DNA of 64,000 bases from positions 132,465 to 196,464 of the forward strand of contig CAYMNZ010000001.1 in the NCBI GenBank assembly GCA_964391975.1, written 5' to 3'. Shown in pieces: positions 29,790 through 39,347 of the stretch. This DNA comes from an uncultured Candidatus Saccharibacteria bacterium (GTDB taxonomy: Bacteria; Patescibacteriota; Minisyncoccia; Phycocordibacterales; Phycocordibacteraceae). The position numbers and the translations under genes are program-made. Below the pieces are notes generated by a model. That model worked only from the letters and a program-made list of their open reading frames with translations. It was not told the origin of the DNA and did not search any database. Every line of letters starts with the position of its first letter. The stretch's first letter is position 1.

Positions 29790-30125
29790 ATGGAATTCAT
29801 CGGTGTCGTCGCAGGAGGAAGCGCCAAAGCTAATGCGCTTGGCTACCCCACAGCCAACATCCCACTTACCGATACAAGTGTATCGGGCATCTTTGCAGCG
29901 AGCGTTCGTCTCGATGATACGGACTACCCTTCAGTCGCATTCGCGGACCCAGCACGCTCTGTGCTCGAAGCACACCTTTTTGATTTCTCTGGAAATCTCT
30001 ACGGAAAGGAAATCACTATCTCGCTCGTGAAGAAAATTCGCGAGACCAAGGAATTCACTGATGACGAGTCTCTCAAGGCAGCTATGAAGGAAGATGCCGA
30101 GGAAGCGAAGAAGATTCTTTTGTAA
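29790..30125 (+). CDS. Stand-alone riboflavin kinase (RibF C-terminal domain)
   Basis: LGYPTAN, LEAHLFDFSGNLYG, KKIRE..F. Confidence 0.88.
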   Translation: MEFIGVVAGGSAKANALGYPTANIPLTDTSVSGIFAASVRLDDTDYPSVAFADPARSVLEAHLFDFSGNLYGKEITISLVKKIRETKEFTDDESLKAAMKEDAEEAKKILL

Positions 30126-30128
30126 TCC

Positions 30129-30752
30129 ATGTTTACCGGCATCATCGAGCAAACAGGAACGGTGAAGAATGTTGCAATGCGTGGGCGTGCAAAAGTAGTA
30201 ACGCTCTCAAAGCCTGCGAGCTGGAAACTGAAGAAAGGGCAGAGTGTGAACGTTAGCGGCATCTGTTCCACTGTCGTTTCTTCCGGTGCCACGAGCCTCA
30301 CTGTTGAGTACATGCCGGAGACGCTGCGTGTCACGACGGCTGCATCTCTTATAAAAGGAACGAAGGTGAATCTTGAACGTTCGCTCAAATACGGAGACCG
30401 TATGGATGGACATCTGGTATCGGGACACATAGAAGGAGTGGGGAAAGTGGGAAAGGTAGAGAAAGAAGGCCGTTCACTTCTTCTCTCGATTAAGGTCCCG
30501 GCTCTTCTTGGTCGCTACGCACTAGAGCGCGGCTCAATTACTATCGACGGTGTTTCGCTCACTGTCGCCCGCAGGCATGGGCCCTGGGTCACGGTCGCGC
30601 TGGTGCCGCACACGCTTTCACACACCACGCTTGGGCAGCTTTCTGTTGGAGACAGCATCAACCTAGAGACCGATATCCGTCATCGTGCGCTCATAAAGCC
30701 CCGTGCTAGAGTGAAATCCTATGCAACGAAGCCACTACGAAAAGGCCGCTAA
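30129..30752 (+). CDS. ribE: Riboflavin synthase (alpha chain)
   Basis: MFTGIIE, VNLERSL, GHLVSGH, DGVSLTV, INLETD. Confidence 0.95.
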   Translation: MFTGIIEQTGTVKNVAMRGRAKVVTLSKPASWKLKKGQSVNVSGICSTVVSSGATSLTVEYMPETLRVTTAASLIKGTKVNLERSLKYGDRMDGHLVSGHIEGVGKVGKVEKEGRSLLLSIKVPALLGRYALERGSITIDGVSLTVARRHGPWVTVALVPHTLSHTTLGQLSVGDSINLETDIRHRALIKPRARVKSYATKPLRKGR

Positions 30753-31185
30753 GACCCAGGACGCCTCGAGGCTCACGGTGGGAATCGTCGTCTCAAGCTT
30801 TAATACCGACATCACGGAGAAGATGCTCACGGGAGCAGTGACGACGCTCCGGCAGTGGGGCGTGAAGGAGAAGCAGATTCGCATCGTGCGCGTGCCAGGG
30901 AGCTTCGAGATTACCTACGGTTGTATGAAGCTTCTCAAAAACAAGAAGATGGATGCCATCGTCGCACTCGGCTGCATTATTAAAGGAGAGACTGACCACG
31001 ATAAGTACCTTGCGCATGCGGTTGCAGCAGGCATCACCAACCTCACGATTGCGTCTGGCGTTCCTATTTCCTTCGGCGTCATTACGCCCAACTCACTCGC
31101 ACAGGCGCGCGTGCGGTCAAAAGGGAAGCACAACAAGGGCGTTGAGGCAGCCATTGCTGCCATGAGCTCGGCGCTTCTTCCCTAA
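30721..31185 (+). CDS. ribH: 6,7-dimethyl-8-ribityllumazine synthase
   Basis: VPGSFE, ALGCIIKGETDH, PISFGVIT, NKGVEAA. Confidence 0.95.
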   Translation: MQRSHYEKAAKTQDASRLTVGIVVSSFNTDITEKMLTGAVTTLRQWGVKEKQIRIVRVPGSFEITYGCMKLLKNKKMDAIVALGCIIKGETDHDKYLAHAVAAGITNLTIASGVPISFGVITPNSLAQARVRSKGKHNKGVEAAIAAMSSALLP

Positions 31186-31637
31186 TGCCACTTCCTACAC
31201 GACTGGTAGCTGCCATTGGACTTGCGGTGGTCTCCATCGTTGGGCTCGTGTGGTACATGCATTCGTTGCCGCAGGAATCTGAAGAAGAATTGAGTGTTGT
31301 AGCTCAGTCGGTTACCTTTGAGCTTGCTGATACAGACGAGGAGCGCGGACGCGGCCTTTCAGGACGCGCGGAAATCCCTCATAACTACGCAATGCTCTTT
31401 GTCTTTGATACTCCTGGCCGATACGGCTTCTGGATGAAGGATATGCGCACCTCTATCGATATTATCTGGCTCGATGAGAATCATGTGGTAACAAAGGTAG
31501 ACGAAGCGGTTCTTCCAAGCACGTTCCCAACCCTCTTCTATCCACCGACCCCAACGCGCTACGTGCTTGAGACTGCTGCAGGGCAGGCGAAGGTCCTCGG
31601 ATGGGTGCCAGGCACTTCAGTCGCACTGCCACTGTAG
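31185..31637 (+). CDS. DUF192 family protein
   Basis: ELADT..ERGRGLS, MLFVF, FWMKDM..SIDIIW, YVLE. Confidence 0.88.
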   Translation: MPLPTRLVAAIGLAVVSIVGLVWYMHSLPQESEEELSVVAQSVTFELADTDEERGRGLSGRAEIPHNYAMLFVFDTPGRYGFWMKDMRTSIDIIWLDENHVVTKVDEAVLPSTFPTLFYPPTPTRYVLETAAGQAKVLGWVPGTSVALPL

Positions 31638-31655
31638 CCGTGCTATAGTCCTCCC

Positions 31656-31963
31656 GGACCGATACAGGCAATCGCTCTGAGTTTCTCAGAGAGGAAAGTC
31701 CGAACACAGGCAGCGAAAGCTGCAGAAAGGTAGCGGGTAACGCCCGTCCGCAGCAATGCGCGAGGTGCGAACAGTGACGTCAACGACGAAAGTCCGCGAC
31801 ATCCTTCGGGATGAACTTCATCGTAAGGTGAAGATGAAACGGCAAAATCCTTACCCCTGTGCAAGGCCGTGCCCCGCAAGAGGAGTGCCGCTTGAGGGCG
31901 TCGGTAACGACGCTCCCAGATAAATGATTGTCCGCGACAGAATTCGGCTTACCGTATCGATCC
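31656..31963 (+). ncRNA. rnpB: RNase P RNA
   Basis: GAGGAAAGTCC and ACAGAATTCGGCTTA conserved P4 strands; P1 GGACCGATAC/GTATCGATCC; TGCTATAGT promoter upstream. Confidence 0.95.
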
Positions 31964-31971
31964 AACAACAT

Positions 31972-32000
31972 GCGAAACCCGCCCTCGAGGCGGGTTTCGC
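31972..32000 (+). terminator. Stable hairpin after rnpB
   Basis: GCGAAACCCGCC-CTCGA-GGCGGGTTTCGC; weak U tract. Confidence 0.65.
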
Positions 32001-32081
32001 CTATCCACGTTAGAAGTAAAGGGACAGAAGGACTACGGTATACTCAAAAGGTATTACTAGGGGTAGTTAGGTACATTTACT

Positions 32082-34427
32082 ATGCACGATTCAACAACCG
32101 GCATTCGCCGTCTTTCGCTCGACAGTGCTGCGGCATGGGTGCTGACCGCAACTGCAGTCATTGCCATTCTTATTTTCCTTCCGTTCAGTTGGGCGCCATT
32201 CGTCCACACCAAAGTGCTGGTACTCACGCTCGGCGTGTTGCTCACGCTCGTGCTCTTTGTGCTCAGCGCACTCAAGCGCGGAAGTATCACGCTCCCGCAT
32301 CTTCCGCTTGTCGGTTCTCTCTGGTTGGTGCCACTGGCGTACCTTCTCTCCACACTCTTCTCCGGCACTAACCCTGCAGCTGCGTTCTTCGGCACCGGCT
32401 TCTCCCCTGACAGTTTCGGGCTCTTCCTCCTTCTCGCCCTTCTTGCAACACTGGCTTCCTTCGTTCTCTCGACACTTCAGTTCCAGAAGCGCTTTGTGAA
32501 GGGACTGATAGGTGCGTTCCTCCTCCTGCTTGTTTCGGAGATTGTGTTCCTTCTGGGTGGAAAATTCTTCCCAGCGCTGGTTTCTCCGACCGGAAACCTC
32601 ATTGGTTCTTTCGTTGACCTCGGCTTCTTCGTAGGTCTTGGTGTCTCGTTGGCGCTTCTCTGGGCTCGGTTCATGGTCGTGAAGCGCAAGGTAGTCTTAT
32701 ATGTCGCGGTCGTTCTTGGGCTTATCGTTCTTGCTCTCGCTAACTCCATCATTGCCTGGGCCCTCGTATCTCTCGTTGCGTTTGGTCTCTTTGTAGAGGC
32801 GGTGATGTACATGCAGTCGCGCACCGAGAGTCCGGTACGCCGCTCGCTCGCCCTGCCACTACTCACGCTTGCTGCAGGCCTCCTCTTCATGCTCGGAAGC
32901 TCAACAGTAGGAAGCGCTCTCTCGACGCTTGCTGGCACTACCTATATAGATGCTCGTCCTTCATTGCAGTCGACCTTCCAGGTAGGTACGCACACGTACG
33001 CTTCCTCACCACTCTTTGGCACCGGACCAGGTACCTTCGGAAGGGAGTGGCTCGAGCACCGTGACCGCTCAATTAACGACAGCATCTTCTGGAGCGTCGA
33101 CTTCACCTCGGGCATCGGGCACGTGCCAACGTCCTTTGTGACCACTGGCGTCATCGGCGTTCTTGCCTGGATTGCCTTCTTCGCACTCTTCCTGTTCTTC
33201 GGTCTTCGCTCGCTTCTCATGCGCTTACCGACTGAACCATGGCCGCGCTTCATCTCGATTGCTTCCTTCACGGGCGCACTCTATGTGCTTATACTCGCGA
33301 TAGCTGCGCTGCCGGGCCCCGTTACCCTCGGTATAGGATTCTTGCTGCTCGGCCTCTTCATTGCTTCGAGACCTGAAGCAGAGGGACGAATGCTTACGTT
33401 CTCGCAGAATCCGCGCATAGGGTTCGCGCTGGTATTCACGCTTACGTTACTTCTTATTGCATCGCTTGCATACGGTTACGTGGTGGTCAGCCGCTATGTT
33501 GCTGACGTCTCGTTCAATCAAGCAGGAACTGCACTGTCTGCAGGAAACTTCGATGCTGCACAGAGCGCCGTCACTCGCTCGATTGCATTGGCTCCTGAAA
33601 GCCGTACGTACCGTCTTGCAGCGCTTATTGGGTATGCACGCATGAGCCAGGTAGTGAATAACTCTTCGCTCACCCAGACTGAAGCACGTGACCAGTTCCA
33701 AACTGCCGTTGGTAGTGCCATCACGTCTGCACTTCAAGCAACCACACTTGACCAGAACGATTACCAAAACTGGGCAATGCTTGGAAACATCTACGGCAGC
33801 TTGGTGCCGCTTAAGATTGAAGGTGCGTATGAGAACGCGAAGGGCGCGTACGAGAAGGCAGTAGCGCTTGCTCCTACCAACCCGAGCCTACCGTACGTTC
33901 TGGGGCAACTTGAGATTGCGCGCGGTAACACAGAAGCGGCGGAAGCGTATCTTATTGAAGCTATTAACTTGAAGCGCGATTACACGCAGGCAATCCTTCT
34001 CTTCGCGCAAACAGAAGTCTCAAGCGGCAAGACCGCGCAGGCGCTCCAGGCAGCTGAAGCAGCTGCGTACTTCGCTCCAAACGACCCAGGCGTGCTCTTG
34101 CAGGTGGGTCTACTTCGTTCGGCGGCTGGCGAGACGGCCGGCGCTATACAGGCCCTTGCGCGTGCGTCTGAGATTAACCCTCAGTTCGCCAACGCTCGTT
34201 TCTTCCTCGGCGTTATGTATGCCGTCTCAGGAGAGTATGAGAAGGCGGTTGCAGAGATTAGCGCTGTTGCAAGCTTCTCTCCGGAGAACGCTACGGCAGT
34301 GGCGGCAGACCTCGAGACCTTGAAGCAAGGGAAGAATCCGTTCCCAGCATCCCGGCTCGCAGCCTTCGGCATTCCGTACGCTCCACTAGCTGAGCCACGT
34401 CCCGCAGGTGTCGTGCCGGCGCAGTAG
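32082..34427 (+). CDS. Polytopic membrane protein (O-antigen-ligase-like) with C-terminal TPR domain
   Basis: About 12 TMs, PLFGTGPGTF loop, TPR-like A...P/LG..Y repeats. Confidence 0.75.
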   Translation: MHDSTTGIRRLSLDSAAAWVLTATAVIAILIFLPFSWAPFVHTKVLVLTLGVLLTLVLFVLSALKRGSITLPHLPLVGSLWLVPLAYLLSTLFSGTNPAAAFFGTGFSPDSFGLFLLLALLATLASFVLSTLQFQKRFVKGLIGAFLLLLVSEIVFLLGGKFFPALVSPTGNLIGSFVDLGFFVGLGVSLALLWARFMVVKRKVVLYVAVVLGLIVLALANSIIAWALVSLVAFGLFVEAVMYMQSRTESPVRRSLALPLLTLAAGLLFMLGSSTVGSALSTLAGTTYIDARPSLQSTFQVGTHTYASSPLFGTGPGTFGREWLEHRDRSINDSIFWSVDFTSGIGHVPTSFVTTGVIGVLAWIAFFALFLFFGLRSLLMRLPTEPWPRFISIASFTGALYVLILAIAALPGPVTLGIGFLLLGLFIASRPEAEGRMLTFSQNPRIGFALVFTLTLLLIASLAYGYVVVSRYVADVSFNQAGTALSAGNFDAAQSAVTRSIALAPESRTYRLAALIGYARMSQVVNNSSLTQTEARDQFQTAVGSAITSALQATTLDQNDYQNWAMLGNIYGSLVPLKIEGAYENAKGAYEKAVALAPTNPSLPYVLGQLEIARGNTEAAEAYLIEAINLKRDYTQAILLFAQTEVSSGKTAQALQAAEAAAYFAPNDPGVLLQVGLLRSAAGETAGAIQALARASEINPQFANARFFLGVMYAVSGEYEKAVAEISAVASFSPENATAVAADLETLKQGKNPFPASRLAAFGIPYAPLAEPRPAGVVPAQ

Positions 34428-34436
34428 AATACGTAA

Positions 34437-36116
34437 ATGGTACAGCGCCTTTTCGGAACCCTGACGGCGCCGATACGCGGCCTCCACCAGGCCGCGTATC
34501 TCTTAGCGGGACTCACCTTCGCGTCTCAGCTCTTAGCGCTTCTTCGTGACCGCATCTTTGCGGGCGCCTTTGGCGCAGGGGAGACCTTGGACCTCTATTA
34601 CGCCGCCTTCAAAATTCCGGACCTGGTGTTTGCGCTCGTCGCCTCGCTCGTCTCGGCCTACGTCATCATTCCCCGAATTGCCGGGGACAAGGGAGAGAAT
34701 GCACGGGCGCTTCTGTCGCAGGCCACCTCCTTCCTCATTATTGGCGGGGGAGTCGTATGCACCGCACTGTTCTTTGTGATGCCACAGGCGCTTTTCCTTG
34801 CGTTTCCGAATTTTGCAGATTCTCCACGCGCTGATGAGTTCGTAGCACTTGCGCGGCTGCTCCTCATACAGCCCATTCTGCTTGGAGTCTCAGGAATACT
34901 TGCGAGCGTGACGCAGGTACATCGCCGGTTCCTGTTGTTTGCGCTCTCGCCAATCCTCTACAACATCGGCATCATCGTTGGCGCGCTCTTCCTCTACCCA
35001 ATTATGGGGCTGCCGGGTATCGGTGTAGGCGTCGTCATAGGAAGCATTGCGCATCTTCTTATCAACGTGCCGGTGGTAGTAGGCGCCAAGGTGTTCCCAC
35101 GATTTGTTCTTCCATCGTTCGCCGTGCTTCTCGGTCTTATGAAGGACTCAGTCCCACGCTCACTTGCGCTATCGATGGGGGCTGCAACGACGTTTGTTCT
35201 TGCTGCCCTTGCTGCCTTCACAGGTACTGGTGGTATTTCTATTTTTTCACTTGCAAGCAACCTTGAGGCAGTGCCACTCGCGCTCATTGGTGCGTCCTAC
35301 GCCACCGCGGCATTCCCAGTTCTTGCAAAGGAAATGAATGACGGACATCTGCAAGCCTTTGCTGCGACTCTGGCAGCTGCAGCGCGCCACCTTATTTTCT
35401 GGTCTGCCATTCTTGCGGTACTGACTATTGTGTTGCGCGCCCACATTGTGCGTATCGTGTTGGGTACCGGCGCGTTCAACTGGGACGACACACGTCTTAC
35501 CGCTGCAGTGTTGGGAATACTCGCCCTCGCCCTCGTTGCGCAGTGCATCGTTCTGTTGGCTGCACGTGCGTTTTATGCGGCAGGTCGCTCGTGGATGCCG
35601 TTTCTTATACAAATTATTGGACTCGTCATTTCCATTGGTGCTGCAGCGGGTACGCTCGCGCTCGCACACACCTATCCGTTTGCTCGCGACTTCATAGAGG
35701 CGTTGATGCGCGTTGAAGGAGTGCCGGGCTCTGACATTCTCTTCATTGCGCTCGGTGCTGCCCTTGGGCAGCTCGTGATGGGAGCGATTGCCATTGCCAC
35801 GCTACAGACGGTTGCGCCCGGGGTGGCGGGCTCGCTTGCGCGTCCCATACTTGAGGGAACAGGGGCAGCAATTGTGGGCGGTGCCGTTGCCTACGGCGCT
35901 CTCGTTCTTATGGGCAACATCGCCCCGCTCTCCACACTCCTCGTCGTGCTTGCACAGGGCGTTGCGGCTGGTATGGTGGGAGTCGTAGCTGCGGCGGGCG
36001 TCCTCTTCCTCCTCGAGAACAAGGAATTCAAGGACCTTTGCAGGTCTTTCTCCCGCATCATGCTCCCGAAGACCCCGCTGTACAGCCCGACTCTCAATGA
36101 CCGCACCGATTCGTAA
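34437..36116 (+). CDS. murJ: Lipid II flippase MurJ/MviN
   Basis: LLALLRDRIFAGAFGAG..LDLYYAAFKIPD, PILYNIGII. Confidence 0.9.
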   Translation: MVQRLFGTLTAPIRGLHQAAYLLAGLTFASQLLALLRDRIFAGAFGAGETLDLYYAAFKIPDLVFALVASLVSAYVIIPRIAGDKGENARALLSQATSFLIIGGGVVCTALFFVMPQALFLAFPNFADSPRADEFVALARLLLIQPILLGVSGILASVTQVHRRFLLFALSPILYNIGIIVGALFLYPIMGLPGIGVGVVIGSIAHLLINVPVVVGAKVFPRFVLPSFAVLLGLMKDSVPRSLALSMGAATTFVLAALAAFTGTGGISIFSLASNLEAVPLALIGASYATAAFPVLAKEMNDGHLQAFAATLAAAARHLIFWSAILAVLTIVLRAHIVRIVLGTGAFNWDDTRLTAAVLGILALALVAQCIVLLAARAFYAAGRSWMPFLIQIIGLVISIGAAAGTLALAHTYPFARDFIEALMRVEGVPGSDILFIALGAALGQLVMGAIAIATLQTVAPGVAGSLARPILEGTGAAIVGGAVAYGALVLMGNIAPLSTLLVVLAQGVAAGMVGVVAAAGVLFLLENKEFKDLCRSFSRIMLPKTPLYSPTLNDRTDS

Positions 36117-37896
36117 CTTTTCCATAATTGCCCATATTGACCACGGGAAATCCACCCTGGCTGACCGTATGCTCGAGCGTACGGGCACTATCGAGGCACG
36201 CAAGATGCGGGATCAGGTCCTCGACAAGATGGACCTTGAGCGGGAGCGCGGCATCACCATCAAGATGCAGCCAGCACGCATGAATTACACCGCTAAGGAT
36301 GGTCAGAAGTACATTTTGAACCTCATCGATACCCCGGGGCACATCGACTTTGCCTATGAGGTTTCTCGCGCACTGACGGCGGTAGAAGGAGTGATTCTGT
36401 TGGTGGACTCCACCCAAGGTGTGCAAGCGCAGACACTCACCACGCTTTCTATGGCGAAGGCTGCGGGCTGCGTCATCATCCCAGCTGTCTCGAAGATTGA
36501 TTCTCCTTACGCACGTGTTGATGAGGTATCAATTGAGCTTGCAGCACTTCTGTCGGTTGCTCCCGAGTCTGTGCTCGCAGTTTCAGGCAAGAGTGGGGCA
36601 GGAGTCGAAGAACTCCTTGAAGCCATCATCGAGCGCATACCAGCTCCGAGAGCACCGGAGGCGGATGAGGCGCGTGCCACTATCTTCGACTTCTCCTTCT
36701 CCACGCATCGCGGCATCGCGGTGTACGTGCGTGTGTTTGACGGCAAACTCAAGAAAGGCGACCTTCTGACGTTCCGTGCAGCTGACAAGAAGTTCACCGC
36801 GCTTGAGACCGGTATTTTCATACCTGACGAAACACCATCGGACTCACTCTCAGCGGGTGAGATTGGCTACGTGGTCACCGGCATTAAGGAACCGGGGGTG
36901 GTTGCGGTGGGAGACACGATTGCACTTGAACGCGGAACGCTTCCCGCGCTCCCAGGCTTTGCTCGTCCGCGCCCAGTTGTCTGGGCCTCCGTCTATCCTG
37001 AAAGCCAGGACGACCTCTCTGACCTCAAGCAATCACTTGAGCGTCTCAGGCTTTCCGATTCCTCGCTTTCATTTGAGGAGGAGTCTTCCGGTGTGCTCGG
37101 ACGCGGATTCCGTTGCGGATTCCTCGGTATGCTTCACCTTGAGATTGTGACTGAGCGACTCAAGCGCGAGTTCTCGATTTCGCTCATTGTTACCATTCCA
37201 ACCATTGCGTACATCGTCACCGCAAAGGGGAAGCGTGAGACCGTCTACACGCCCTCAAAGTTTCCAGCCTATGGAGACATCGAGCTTATCGAGGAGCCGT
37301 GGGTGAAAGCCATACTCATCACACCACCAGATTCGCTCTCTAACCTCATCCAGCTCTTCCATGACCATGAGGGGGTCATACAGCACACTGAGACGTATAG
37401 CGATGGCCGCATTGAGCTTTCGGCTGAGATGCCGCTTCGTGAGCTTATGCGCGGCTTCTTTGACCGCGTCAAAAACGCCTCCTCAGGCTACGCGTCACTT
37501 TCCTACGAGTTTCTTGATGAGCGTATCGCAGATGTGGTGCGCCTCAACATCCTTGTTGCTGATGAGGAGGTGCCCGCCTTCGCTCGCATCGTCTCGCGCC
37601 GCAGGGTGCAGGAGGAAGGGGAGCGCATGGTAGAGCGACTTGCAGGCTTGCTGCCACGCCAGCTCCAGGTCACGAAAATTCAAGCAGAGGCGCTGGGCCG
37701 CATCATCTCCTCGAAGTCTCTCTCCGCGCTTCGCAAAGACGTGACTGGCTATCTCTACGGAGGCGACGTTACTCGCAAGAAGAAACTTCTTGAGAAGCAG
37801 AAGAAGGGAAAGAAGCACCGTTCCCAGTTCGAGAAGAACCGCGTGGATATTCCCGAGGAAGTGTTCATGAAGATGGTGCAGGAGAGCGAGCGGTAG
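36097..37896 (+). CDS. lepA: Elongation factor 4 LepA
   Basis: RNFSIIAHIDHGKSTLADR, GFRCGFLGMLH, YGGDVTRKKKLLEKQKKGK. Confidence 0.97.
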   Translation: MTAPIRNFSIIAHIDHGKSTLADRMLERTGTIEARKMRDQVLDKMDLERERGITIKMQPARMNYTAKDGQKYILNLIDTPGHIDFAYEVSRALTAVEGVILLVDSTQGVQAQTLTTLSMAKAAGCVIIPAVSKIDSPYARVDEVSIELAALLSVAPESVLAVSGKSGAGVEELLEAIIERIPAPRAPEADEARATIFDFSFSTHRGIAVYVRVFDGKLKKGDLLTFRAADKKFTALETGIFIPDETPSDSLSAGEIGYVVTGIKEPGVVAVGDTIALERGTLPALPGFARPRPVVWASVYPESQDDLSDLKQSLERLRLSDSSLSFEEESSGVLGRGFRCGFLGMLHLEIVTERLKREFSISLIVTIPTIAYIVTAKGKRETVYTPSKFPAYGDIELIEEPWVKAILITPPDSLSNLIQLFHDHEGVIQHTETYSDGRIELSAEMPLRELMRGFFDRVKNASSGYASLSYEFLDERIADVVRLNILVADEEVPAFARIVSRRRVQEEGERMVERLAGLLPRQLQVTKIQAEALGRIISSKSLSALRKDVTGYLYGGDVTRKKKLLEKQKKGKKHRSQFEKNRVDIPEEVFMKMVQESER

Positions 37897-37912
37897 TTGC
37901 TATACTGGCGAG

Positions 37913-38266
37913 ATGTCTCGCCGTTCACGCCCCACACTTCGGGAGTGCCTCATCATTGGGGCTCTCTCATTGGCACTTATTTGGCTCCTGTGGCTTCTCT
38001 GGGGCATCGCCCATAAGGAAGAGAAGGCGCGCAATGCCGCAGAGGAGGCTAAGGCGGAGCTTGCAACGCTTATGGTGCGCAAAGAGACCCTTGAAGAGAA
38101 TATTGCAGAGCTCTCTACTTCGCGCGGAGAGGAAGCCACACTTCGTGAGGCATACGGCGTTGCACGTCCCGGGGAAGAGGTTATTATCGTGGTGCCGGAC
38201 GACGGCAGGGAGAAGGGACCTCCACTGCCATGGTGGAGGAAGTTTCTGGGCTGGTTTGGATTGTAA
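37913..38266 (+). CDS. Septum formation initiator (FtsB/DivIC-like)
   Basis: TM, coiled coil, E..LRE.YG..RPGEEVI. Confidence 0.8.
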   Translation: MSRRSRPTLRECLIIGALSLALIWLLWLLWGIAHKEEKARNAAEEAKAELATLMVRKETLEENIAELSTSRGEEATLREAYGVARPGEEVIIVVPDDGREKGPPLPWWRKFLGWFGL

Positions 38267-38337
38267 GCGGGATTAGTTTAGTGGCAGGACGATTGCTTCC
38301 CAAGCAATAAGCACGAGTTCGATTCTCGTATCCCGCA
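38267..38337 (+). tRNA. tRNA-Gly(CCC), CCA not encoded
   Basis: GCGGGAT/ATCCCGC acceptor, ATTGC-TTCCCAA-GCAAT, ACGAG-TTCGATT-CTCGT. Confidence 0.95.
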
Positions 38338-38359
38338 CTGAAAATAGGCCGATAATGGC

Positions 38360-38384
38360 TGTGGATAACTACAGATGATATAAT
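38360..38384 (+). promoter_or_regulatory. DnaA box next to an extended -10 promoter
   Basis: TGTGGATAA at 38360-38368 (TTATCCACA on minus); TGATATAAT at 38376-38384. Confidence 0.55.
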
Positions 38385-38406
38385 TGGCCTACCTAACGAA
38401 ACACAC

Positions 38407-38661
38407 ATGGATAAGCAAGTCACTATTTACAGCACCCCAACTTGTCACTTCTGCCAGATGAGCAAGGAGTACTTCAAGGAGCACGGTATTCAGTACACTG
38501 AATTCGATGTTGCTGGAGACCAGGCAAAGCGCCAGGAGATGATTGAGAAGTCCGGTCAGATGGGCGTTCCGGTCATATTCGTCGGCGAGGAGATGATTAT
38601 CGGCTTCGACAAGCGTCGTTTTGACGAGTTGTTCGGCGTCGCGACTGAGCCGGGAATGTAG
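38407..38661 (+). CDS. Glutaredoxin/NrdH-like redoxin
   Basis: YSTPTCHFC, SGQMGVPV, IIGFD. Confidence 0.92.
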   Translation: MDKQVTIYSTPTCHFCQMSKEYFKEHGIQYTEFDVAGDQAKRQEMIEKSGQMGVPVIFVGEEMIIGFDKRRFDELFGVATEPGM

Positions 38662-38670
38662 TTCCCTTCT

Positions 38671-38706
38671 ACAAAACCCCGAGGCTTAAGTGCCTCGGGG
38701 TTTTGT
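38671..38706. terminator. Bidirectional intrinsic terminator
   Basis: ACAAAACCCCGAGGC-TTAAGT-GCCTCGGGGTTTTGT. Confidence 0.85.
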
Positions 38707-38722
38707 GCTACTCTCCCCGTAC

Positions 38723-38797
38723 GCCCTCGTAGTTCAATGGATAGAACGTCTCACTCCTAACGAGATAATGTAGGTTCGATTCCTGCCGAGGGCACCA
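38723..38797 (+). tRNA. tRNA-Arg(CCT)
   Basis: GCCCTCG/CGAGGGC acceptor, CTCCTAA loop, encoded CCA; A-C mismatch at the base of the anticodon stem. Confidence 0.93.
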
Positions 38798-38804
38798 CAC
38801 ACCA

Positions 38805-39347
38805 ATGAAGATTTACGTCATTCGGCACGGAGAGACTACCTACAACAAAGAACGCCGCGTTGCCGGTCAGGTGGATGTACCACTGAACGAAGAAGGTTTA
38901 GCGCAGGCAAAGGAAGCGGCCAGCACCGTTCCTCTCGACTGCACGAGGATACTTTCCTCAGATCTCATTCGCTGTCGTCAGACGAGCGAGATACTGAACG
39001 AAGGCAGGAACCTAGAGGTCACGTATGATGCGCGGTTGCGCGAACGGGACTTCGGTTCTCTCGCGGGGAAGTCCTACGATGACGAGGCGTTCAGCGGGGA
39101 TTTTTGGGAAACGGACCGTCGGCAAGATTTTGACTATCGGGCCTTTGGCGGGGAGGCGGTCCAGGATGTGTTCGCTCGACTCTCCGCTTGTTTGGAGGAA
39201 GTGCGTAAGACGGGAGGAGTGCCACTTCTCGTGACCTCGGCAGGAATAATTAAACTGCTACAAAAGCGCTTACATGGAGAGGCAAAAGGTCACATTCCCA
39301 ACAGCTCCATACACGAGTTTGATATACCCGATACTTTTGGCGCATGA
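38805..39347 (+). CDS. Histidine phosphatase family protein
   Basis: RHGET, SSDLIRC.QT, LRERDFG. Confidence 0.88.
   Translation: MKIYVIRHGETTYNKERRVAGQVDVPLNEEGLAQAKEAASTVPLDCTRILSSDLIRCRQTSEILNEGRNLEVTYDARLRERDFGSLAGKSYDDEAFSGDFWETDRRQDFDYRAFGGEAVQDVFARLSACLEEVRKTGGVPLLVTSAGIIKLLQKRLHGEAKGHIPNSSIHEFDIPDTFGA

Noticed and set aside
29761-30128. FMN riboswitch ahead of the rib genes (also an SAH riboswitch for ahcY and a T-box for valS)
   Set aside because: Intergenic gaps are 1-20 bp, leaving no room, and no consensus is present
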